32,000 bases of DNA from the NCBI GenBank assembly GCA_025839675.1, contig CP104013.1, positions 2,100,001-2,132,000 of the forward strand, read 5' to 3'. How positions within the stretch are numbered: position 1 is the first letter of the stretch; every line of letters starts with the position of its first letter. Below are positions 24,956 through 32,000 of this stretch, piece after piece. The position numbers and the translations under genes are program-made. Source of the DNA: Candidatus Lokiarchaeum ossiferum. Lineage in GTDB: Archaea; Asgardarchaeota; Lokiarchaeia; Sigyniarchaeales; Promethearchaeaceae. The notes under the pieces were generated by a model. It saw nothing but the letters and a program-made list of their open reading frames with translations. It did not search any database and had not been told where the DNA came from.

Positions 24956-25861
24956 ATGGCAACTACAACATTAAAATCGAGTACCACACGATTAAACGAA
25001 AGTCAAACAGAAAAAATCCTAATAGATGACGCAATCAAAATCTATAAACGGGGAAAAATTGAAGTGGTGGCCCTCCGGGGCCTATCATGTGAATTTAGAC
25101 CTGGAGAAATAACTGTAATCATGGGACCCAGCGGATGTGGTAAAACTACATTGCTAAATATGATAGGGGGATTAGATCGCCTAAATTCAGGAAAAATTTT
25201 CGTTGACGGGGAAGATATTGCTCAATTTTCAGATACTGAAGTTGAAAAATATCGACGTCAGAAAATCGGCTTTGTGTTTCAATTCATGAACCTGATTCCG
25301 GAATTAAACGCTCTTGAAAACATTACATTACCTTTGGAACTATCCGGAACCCTCACCAAAGAACGAAAAAATTTCATCAATGAATTACTCCAGATCGTTG
25401 GTTTAGAAGATCGGAAAAATCATCGCCCCGATGAACTGAGTGGAGGAGAACAACAACGCATTAGCATTGCTGCAGCCTTAGCGAATGATCCTGAAATTGT
25501 TCTCTGTGATGAACCGACTGGAGAATTAGATTCCCAATCAAAGAAAGTCATTATGGATCTCCTCCGATCGGTGATTGAGAAGTTTCCTGAGAAAACAATG
25601 ATAATCGTAAGCCATGATCCCGAACTCAAAGCAATTGCGGACAATATGCTCTATATTCGCGATGGAAATATATCCCATACTTTCACTAAAGAGGAAATAA
25701 TAGCATCTCAACAATCCAAGGATAGTGAATCTTCTTCAAAAACTTATTTCCCAAGTAATCCAAATGAAGCAAATGAGAAAGTTCTCTTGGAGTTACGAGA
25801 ATTAAATCATATAATCTTGGATAGAATCAACCAAATTGAAAAAAAAATGCACCCCATATGA
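24956..25861 (+). CDS. ABC transporter ATP-binding protein, MacB/LolD type (copy 1)
   Basis: Walker [11 protein letters not shown]-loop FVFQ, signature LSGGEQQR, Walker [13 protein letters not shown] and H-loop SHD. The protein has a 57-aa C-terminal extension, and GGAG lies 10 nt upstream. Confidence 0.95.
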   Translation: MATTTLKSSTTRLNESQTEKILIDDAIKIYKRGKIEVVALRGLSCEFRPGEITVIMGPSGCGKTTLLNMIGGLDRLNSGKIFVDGEDIAQFSDTEVEKYRRQKIGFVFQFMNLIPELNALENITLPLELSGTLTKERKNFINELLQIVGLEDRKNHRPDELSGGEQQRISIAAALANDPEIVLCDEPTGELDSQSKKVIMDLLRSVIEKFPEKTMIIVSHDPELKAIADNMLYIRDGNISHTFTKEEIIASQQSKDSESSSKTYFPSNPNEANEKVLLELRELNHIILDRINQIEKKMHPI

Positions 25862-25894
25862 ATTGTTCTAATATAAACCCCTTGCCTTTTTTTA

Positions 25895-25934
25895 GATATT
25901 GATTTCCTCATGATCAATATCCTTTTTTTTTTTT
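25895..25934 (+). terminator. hairpin plus T12 terminator between the two ABC modules
   Basis: The arms gatattgat (25895-25903) and atcaatatc (25913-25921) are perfectly complementary with a 9-nt loop. They are followed by c plus 12 T (25923-25934). Confidence 0.55.
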
Positions 25935-26072
25935 ATTTCACTAATTTTTGGCTCAATGGATTTTTATATCAATTATTCAGTATTAAAAATGAAAATCTTG
26001 ATCCCTACAAAAAGATAATAAAAAAATTTTCTGAGGGATTAGAGGCTTTAAAAAAATAGGAGAGAATGAAAA

Positions 26073-29000
26073 ATTATCTTCCATTATTTGCGAAAAAGTT
26101 TAGTGCGAAATAAAACACGCACATTTTTGGTAAGTGTGGGCATTATTGTTAGCATTATGCTTATTTCTGGAGTAGATGTTGCTGCAAATTCTATGGCCAA
26201 ATACATGACGGTTCAAGTTCTGGATGAGGTCAAAATTGATTATGATGTTAGTAGCAATGAAAAAAACTATACTCTAGTACTTGATACATTGAATCAACTA
26301 AATCAATCAAATCAAGGATTCGATGAATTCCAACTTGCATTTGCAACATCAGGGGCAGATTGGGAGTATTCTTTTATAACACCAAGTACAATACCAGTAA
26401 ACTGGTCAACAATATATGACCCTACCAATCATTCGAGCAAGATTGAGTATGAATTATTAAACAACACCCATGTTTTTGGAGTTTCAGATGATTATTTCAC
26501 AGATCCTGCTGTGGGAGATCGATTTAGAGATGTCTTAACTACCAATGAAACATTTGATTTCACCCAAGATGGCGTATATATCGACCTCACAACAGCGAAT
26601 TTTTATAACTTGTCCAAAGGTGATAATTTGACTGTAGGATTTCTCTTCAATGTCTACGATTGGGAAAAATCTGAGAAAAATGATGAAAGTTATTATTATT
26701 TTGCAGACACTACCGTTACAAATATCCCAATATTGGGAATCTTCAATTTACCCGATTCATTTACGTTCGGAAGAATGTTTAAAACAACACGTTGGGGAGA
26801 TGGAGCACGAGTATATGAGGATGATACGGTTCTACTCGGTAACATTGATTATGTGGAAAATACAATAAATATTCCGTCCATGCAAACGATCGTTGATCAA
26901 TTAGGTGAAAACCTTCAATATTTAGAATCTTATTACAACAATCCTGCAGATTATGACTCCAACTTTAATTTTGGAGTTTTGGTTGATCACGAATCCTTAG
27001 CTGTTTCTAGCCCCGATACTCTCAGCTCACTTATTAAGAAGCAAAAAACACGTATTGAACAGGTGGATCCAATAATGATTGATAGAGTAACTAGTAATTT
27101 AGAAGATTTAATTTTGGAAGTCCGTCTTTCGATAATGCTCTTTCAAGGAATCTTCATGATCATTTCCTTACCCGTCATTATTTTAGGTTGGTATCTATGT
27201 AAAACAAATTGGGTATTGAGTTACCAACAAAGACGCCGAGAACTTGCATTATTGAAGGTTAAAGGAGGTATCTCACATCAATTAAAAGCAATGTTTTACT
27301 TAGAAGCAATTATCGTTGGAGCTCTTGGAGGTCTATTAGGAATCATCGGAGGAAACATAACATCACCTCTTGTACTAAACCAAGTCTTTCCAGAAGTCGT
27401 GGAAACACTAATAAAAACAACAATGTGGGGAGATATTTTATCAGGACGATCAATAACGCGATCAACTTGGCTTATTGGAGGAATTGGTGGAATAGCACTC
27501 TCCCTAATTGCAGTGAGAAAACCTTTACGAGATTTTGCAGCGATGGCTCCTATTGATGGCCTTGCAAAGTACCATGAAACCAGTCAAAATCAACTCCCAA
27601 AAAAGAAAAAAGATGTTGTACTTTTAATACTTGGGATTCTGCCAATAGCCTATGCAATTATTGTAAATTCAGCATTTAAAGATCAAATTTCATTCTACAA
27701 TCCCTTCTTATCATTATTTACGGGATTGGCAACCATATTACTGCCGATTGCACCATTTGTACTTATTTATTCATCGGTGAGATTGCTTTGTGGCAATCTC
27801 CAAATCTTCCAGAAAGTTGTCACAACTATAAGCGGAGTGTTCGATAAAACGATCGCAGTTTTTACTTCAAAAAGTATCATTCGAAATCAAGCCCGATCTT
27901 TTCGGTTGGTCTTTATAGTTGCAATGGCACTCAGTTTTACAGTAATGGCGTCAACGATCAAACAATCAGAATTAGCTTACGAAACTCAAATGAAAACTAT
28001 TGAAACCGCTGATGGATTCGGAATGCAATTTTATTTATCTGATAAAGGTGATGATGGAATAGAGCCTTTCTTAGAACATCTTTACAACAATCAAGAAAAA
28101 GGGCATTTTGAAGCGTTTAATTATAATTATCGCCTCGCTGGAGGCACTTTGGAAGGGCAAGCAGATAATTATGACTATAATTATGATGATCCTTCTGATC
28201 GTCCCGTTGCAATCAATGTTATCTCCTCAGCCAATTTTTCTGAGTATATTAAGTTAAATGATAAATGGTTCATAGATATAACAGCCAAAGAAGCGATGGA
28301 AGCTCTACAATCTCCCAATACAACTTTAATTCCAGAAACACTTACAGGTAAAGGTTTAGGAGTCGGTGACACAATCAAAGTGGAATATACCGAACATGTG
28401 AATCATACAACTTTAATAAAAAATTTAGCGATCGTAGGAGTCTATAAAGCCATTCCCTTAGTATCTACCGGATATTCATGGGAACAGCAATTAGTGGTTG
28501 ATCAAGTTTCAGTACCCTACGGATATTCGTGGGACACTCTAAGATTTGCTTTTTATGGAATCGATGGGAATCAAACTGCTTTGAATGAAGATGAATTTGA
28601 GAATATCGTGCTTGAATATGACGAATATGCCCATGCTCATGCACCTTATAATTACAATGATGAATTTGAGACGATGGGATCTTCTTTAATTCGTTTCTTA
28701 AACTTGGAAAGCCTTTACCTGGTGACAATTGTCACTTTTGGAATTGCAATTATAATGTATATTTCCATCAACGAAAAAAGTCACGATATGGGATTATTGC
28801 GAGCACGGGGCGTGGAGCGGAAAGTACTTTATAAAATCCAAATTGCAGAAGGGGGTACCCTCATTTTCATGGGTTCATTATTTACTTTCATGGGAATAAT
28901 TGGAGGTGCAGCAATGATATTACAGCTGAATAACCTTTTCATGATGGAGGGAGGTTCCGCACTTGAACGGACATTACAAGTCCCTTGGTTAACAATACTT

Positions 29001-29117
29001 TGGCAACTAGGTCTTTCATTAGTGTTATTTGTTATAAGTATAGCAGTCGCAGTTGCGATTGAAACAAGGAAATCTGATGTCACAAAAATCGGAGAACTAC
29101 TCCGGGTAGATGGTTAA
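26073..29117 (+). CDS. MacB/FtsX-type ABC transporter permease (copy 2; start ATT 26073 or TTG 26088)
   Basis: This is a paralogue of 21833-24910 with near-identical TM blocks. The ORF track starts it at TTG 26088. The frame is open from 26070, and codons 26073-26093 (I I F H Y L R) align with copy 1's M I F N Y L R. AGGAG at 26058-26062 lies 10 nt before 26073. Confidence 0.85.
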   Translation: MIFHYLRKSLVRNKTRTFLVSVGIIVSIMLISGVDVAANSMAKYMTVQVLDEVKIDYDVSSNEKNYTLVLDTLNQLNQSNQGFDEFQLAFATSGADWEYSFITPSTIPVNWSTIYDPTNHSSKIEYELLNNTHVFGVSDDYFTDPAVGDRFRDVLTTNETFDFTQDGVYIDLTTANFYNLSKGDNLTVGFLFNVYDWEKSEKNDESYYYFADTTVTNIPILGIFNLPDSFTFGRMFKTTRWGDGARVYEDDTVLLGNIDYVENTINIPSMQTIVDQLGENLQYLESYYNNPADYDSNFNFGVLVDHESLAVSSPDTLSSLIKKQKTRIEQVDPIMIDRVTSNLEDLILEVRLSIMLFQGIFMIISLPVIILGWYLCKTNWVLSYQQRRRELALLKVKGGISHQLKAMFYLEAIIVGALGGLLGIIGGNITSPLVLNQVFPEVVETLIKTTMWGDILSGRSITRSTWLIGGIGGIALSLIAVRKPLRDFAAMAPIDGLAKYHETSQNQLPKKKKDVVLLILGILPIAYAIIVNSAFKDQISFYNPFLSLFTGLATILLPIAPFVLIYSSVRLLCGNLQIFQKVVTTISGVFDKTIAVFTSKSIIRNQARSFRLVFIVAMALSFTVMASTIKQSELAYETQMKTIETADGFGMQFYLSDKGDDGIEPFLEHLYNNQEKGHFEAFNYNYRLAGGTLEGQADNYDYNYDDPSDRPVAINVISSANFSEYIKLNDKWFIDITAKEAMEALQSPNTTLIPETLTGKGLGVGDTIKVEYTEHVNHTTLIKNLAIVGVYKAIPLVSTGYSWEQQLVVDQVSVPYGYSWDTLRFAFYGIDGNQTALNEDEFENIVLEYDEYAHAHAPYNYNDEFETMGSSLIRFLNLESLYLVTIVTFGIAIIMYISINEKSHDMGLLRARGVERKVLYKIQIAEGGTLIFMGSLFTFMGIIGGAAMILQLNNLFMMEGGSALERTLQVPWLTILWQLGLSLVLFVISIAVAVAIETRKSDVTKIGELLRVDG

Positions 29118-29167
29118 TCTACTTTTTTTATTTTAGACAAATTATTAGGATTTATGAGGAAAGTAAA

Positions 29168-30034
29168 ATGGAAATGAACAACACAAAAATAGTGATTGAT
29201 GATTCAATTAAAATTTACAAACGGGGATCTATAGAAGTCGTGGCTCTCCGCGGATTAAGCTGTACCTTCCATAAAGGAGAAATTGCAGTCATTATGGGTC
29301 CAAGTGGCTGTGGTAAAACAACATTGCTAAACATGATAGGTGGCCTAGACCGCTTAAATTCAGGCAAAATAATTGTAGATGGCCAAGATATTGCCCAATT
29401 CACTGATAAAGAAGTCGAAAAATATCGTAGAGCAAAAATTGGGTTTGTTTTCCAGTTCATGAATTTAATCCCCGAATTGAATGCGGTAGAAAACATCACC
29501 TTACCACTGGAATTATCAGGTACATTAACCAAGGAACGAAAAGAATTTATCCAAGAACTTTTGAAAATTGTTGGATTAGAAGATCGTCAAAATCATCGCC
29601 CTGACGAATTAAGTGGAGGAGAACAACAACGAATTAGTATTGCGGCAGCTTTAGCAAATGATCCCGAAATAATTCTCTGTGATGAACCTACGGGAGAATT
29701 GGATTCACTCTCGAAAAAAGTAGTAATGGACCTCTTACGATCGGTTATTGAGAAATTCCCAGAAAAGACCATGATTATTGTAAGTCATGATCCCGAGCTC
29801 AAAGCGATCGCCGACCAAATGTTCTATATTCGGGATGGTAACATCTCCCACACCTTTACTAAAAGTGAATTGCAAGCCAAACAACAGGCAACCCTAACAC
29901 CGGGGGATGTCCAGACTTACATGCCCAGTAATCCAGATGAAACGAATAAAGCTATATTGACGGAATTGCGACATATAGATCATTTCGTAAAAGATAAGAT
30001 CAATAGCATTGAGAAGAAAATGCACCCAGTATAA
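29168..30034 (+). CDS. ABC transporter ATP-binding protein, MacB/LolD type (copy 2)
   Basis: It has the same motif set as copy 1 and is identical at most core positions by eye. The conserved C-terminal tail ends [12 protein letters not shown] lies 8 nt upstream. Confidence 0.95.
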   Translation: MEMNNTKIVIDDSIKIYKRGSIEVVALRGLSCTFHKGEIAVIMGPSGCGKTTLLNMIGGLDRLNSGKIIVDGQDIAQFTDKEVEKYRRAKIGFVFQFMNLIPELNAVENITLPLELSGTLTKERKEFIQELLKIVGLEDRQNHRPDELSGGEQQRISIAAALANDPEIILCDEPTGELDSLSKKVVMDLLRSVIEKFPEKTMIIVSHDPELKAIADQMFYIRDGNISHTFTKSELQAKQQATLTPGDVQTYMPSNPDETNKAILTELRHIDHFVKDKINSIEKKMHPV

Positions 30035-30132
30035 ATATCAAAACCATCAGTAAAATTTCTTTAAATTGCATCTTTACTTTTTTTTCTTTATTAATTCCAA
30101 ATCACCAATGACTTTAAAAAGAATTAATAGAT

Positions 30133-31734
30133 ATGTTTTTTATGCCAGAATTTCAAGATACTAGCTTTATATTTTCTAAGCTAGGATTTAATGTAAAGAC
30201 CAAATCAGGAATTACATGGTCTATTTGCTTAATAATTGTTTTTTCTATTTTTACAATGGTTAACTATCTTCCAGTACAGGCAAGAATCCAAGCAGATGAA
30301 CTAGATCCAATCGGAGTTGACCATGATGATATCGATTCAAATCCATATATTACAGGAAGTGGAACAGCTAACTCACCATACATCTTGGAAAATTTGGCAG
30401 TCAATGCCAACGATATAGGAACATGTCTATGGATTTCGGGAGTTAATAGCTATTTAATTATTCGTAATTGTACTTTAAAAAATGGAGGGGATGTTCCCTC
30501 GGATGCAGCAGGAATTTCGTTACAAGCATGTAAACGAGTTACTATAACAAATTGTACTGTAAAAAATTCAAATTACGGAATTTTTTTACGAAACTGTGAT
30601 GATATATTCATTTCCAACAATACGATCCAAGATAACCGTATAGGAATTGAAATTGATTTCACAACGCAAGTAAATATCACTCAAAACACAATATCTTCCA
30701 GTTCAAAATATGGAATAATAATTAGTGACCAACATTGCACAGAGATATCAATATATGAAAATATATATGAAGATAATAGCCTAAAAAACATCAAGGATAA
30801 TGGTGTTAACAATCAAATTTTAGATAGCAATCCTTCAGATATCTTTTCTTTAGAAAATTTGTTTTTAATTTTAAATGTAGGTATTATAATAATCTTTTTT
30901 GCTATTTTACTTCAATATTTAATGAAATATGCTTATTTCAATTCTTCTTCAATTAAAATAGAATCTAATGAAGGAGAGGTTATGCGTTCAAATTGGACTC
31001 AAAATGGAAAAAAAAAGATAACATTTGAAATCAAAATCATTGTCGAGCGCATAAAGCGAAATCCATCTGAGATATTATTATTGATTCTTATCCTTTTCAT
31101 TTCTACCTTTTTCGTCATTACATCGGCGGATCTGATTTTATCTTCGACTATTAATAATACTGGAAATCAATGGGAGACATATCGAATAATTAAAATAATT
31201 ATTCTACCATTATTATTCCTAATACTCATTTTAACTGGATTAGATAATTGCGTTAAGAGAAGGCCAAATTGTGCAATATCTTCAAATAAAAATAAGACAA
31301 ATAATTTTCAAAGATTAAAAAACTATCTGATAAAACTAGATCGATTCAGTATTTTTTGGATCTCTTTGGGTATTCTATATAGTATTTTAGGTGCTATGGA
31401 AGGGACCGAGGTTCTTGCGGAATTATATCTGTTTTCATTCAATCGAGGAATCTTAATAGGCATGTTGACATCTCCAATAGAATATGAAATAATGAAAGTA
31501 CTATTTGGAATATTTTGGTGTATTTTTGCCCTCATATTCATACCAAGTTTTATTTATGTCTCTAAATTAAAGGGAAAACAAAGAGTGCCTTTTTTTAAAA
31601 TGCTAGTTAGAATTCAAAGAGGCAGTATAACTGAAAAGATCAAAATACTCATCATGATAATTGGAGTAATATTTCATTTATTCTTACTTTACACAATTAT
31701 TCTATTGTTCTATATGGCTATTCATAATATCTAA
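30133..31734 (+). CDS. membrane protein with extracytoplasmic right-handed beta-helix (PbH1/NosD-like) repeats and polytopic C-terminal half
   Basis: A signal/anchor is followed by repeating units about 22 aa long (IIRNCTLKNGG, VTITNCTVKNSNYGIFLRNCDDIFISNNTIQDNRIGIEI, VNITQNTISSSSKYGIIIS). At least 6 hydrophobic segments follow from about residue 235. Confidence 0.65.
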   Translation: MFFMPEFQDTSFIFSKLGFNVKTKSGITWSICLIIVFSIFTMVNYLPVQARIQADELDPIGVDHDDIDSNPYITGSGTANSPYILENLAVNANDIGTCLWISGVNSYLIIRNCTLKNGGDVPSDAAGISLQACKRVTITNCTVKNSNYGIFLRNCDDIFISNNTIQDNRIGIEIDFTTQVNITQNTISSSSKYGIIISDQHCTEISIYENIYEDNSLKNIKDNGVNNQILDSNPSDIFSLENLFLILNVGIIIIFFAILLQYLMKYAYFNSSSIKIESNEGEVMRSNWTQNGKKKITFEIKIIVERIKRNPSEILLLILILFISTFFVITSADLILSSTINNTGNQWETYRIIKIIILPLLFLILILTGLDNCVKRRPNCAISSNKNKTNNFQRLKNYLIKLDRFSIFWISLGILYSILGAMEGTEVLAELYLFSFNRGILIGMLTSPIEYEIMKVLFGIFWCIFALIFIPSFIYVSKLKGKQRVPFFKMLVRIQRGSITEKIKILIMIIGVIFHLFLLYTIILLFYMAIHNI

Positions 31735-32000
31735 TTGAAATTTCCCTCAACATATAATAAAAAAGTCCATAGTTTGGAAATCTATTTTTTTTTAGGTTTT
31801 TTGTTCATCTTTTAAATAACGAAGAGACACTTATCTCGAAAATATGTCTACTTTATACACTCTACAGTTCAATCTATTTGGTTAAACGACTCAGACTTAA
31901 ATACGAAATAAAAATAATAAAAAACCTTCAAACTATGACAAATTATCTTTATATCCTATTTTTTCGCAAAATACTTAAAAGCTCGCAGTATATTAAAAGC

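Noticed and set aside
1598-31541. Many 60-117-aa ORFs in the track lie antisense to, or out of frame within, larger genes: 1598-1900, 4506-4706, 5337-5573, 7857-8048, 10039-10356, 13689-13907, 13810-13995, 15524-15715, 16367-16612, 19351-19704, 21344-21526, 23524-23712, 24222-24461, 24631-24870, 25420-25644, 26650-26868, 28181-28378, 28465-28728, 28829-29083, 29215-29532 and 31323-31541.
   Set aside because: Each is fully embedded in a longer ORF that has clear family motifs or membrane-protein character. Their translations are low-complexity or compositionally odd, and none has a recognisable motif or an SD-like element. They are treated as shadow ORFs.
1-32000. A search for mobile elements, prophage, toxin-antitoxin or known defence genes, tRNA/rRNA, and flanking direct repeats.
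   Set aside because: No transposase, integrase, nuclease or ATPase-type defence signatures were recognised in any frame. I saw no tRNA-like GC-rich cloverleaf segment and no long terminal repeats. The only large repeat is the ABC module duplication, which is ancient at DNA level.

Overview
This is a visibly AT-rich, gene-dense window with about 30 protein genes on both strands. Long oligo-T/A tracts separate the genes. A/T-rich TATA-like boxes and GGAG/GAGG/GGTGA motifs sit 6-10 nt ahead of many starts. I recognise no rRNA, tRNA, CRISPR array, transposase or integrase. A DUF211/COG1888-type small protein, a family I know as archaeal, together with the promoter and terminator style suggests an archaeal chromosome. 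An Asgard/Lokiarchaeia-like origin would be only a guess.

Content from left to right:
- a GPH sugar symporter followed by a GH13 enzyme that carries an N-terminal IscU-like domain
- a Nudix (CoA-pyrophosphatase-like) gene, DUF211, and two small paralogous ORFs
- a HAD hydrolase, an M20 peptidase and a GDPD phosphodiesterase
- a tightly overlapped PadR / HAAS-type membrane sensor / HExxH membrane protease operon
- a LamG-TM-HTH-like single-pass protein
- a YqiJ/NfeD-like, flotillin and two DUF4177-like genes in one operon, ending in a hairpin plus T-tract
- a DUF422-like membrane protein, then two tandem GPP34/GOLPH3-family genes behind a polytopic membrane protein
- a tandemly duplicated MacB/FtsX-type ABC module (giant permease plus ATPase, twice), followed by a beta-helix/polytopic membrane protein

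The candidates most worth a second look are:
1. the PadR-HAAS-metalloprotease cassette
2. the membrane-organisation neighbourhood (NfeD-flotillin-DUF4177x2, DUF422, two GOLPH3-like genes)
3. the duplicated ABC module, which has conserved membrane cores and divergent outward-facing domains
4. the IscU-GH13 fusion
5. two genes whose only sensible start appears to be ATT
6. a perfect 33-bp x6 coding tandem repeat

All family assignments come from motif recognition by eye; no searches were run.
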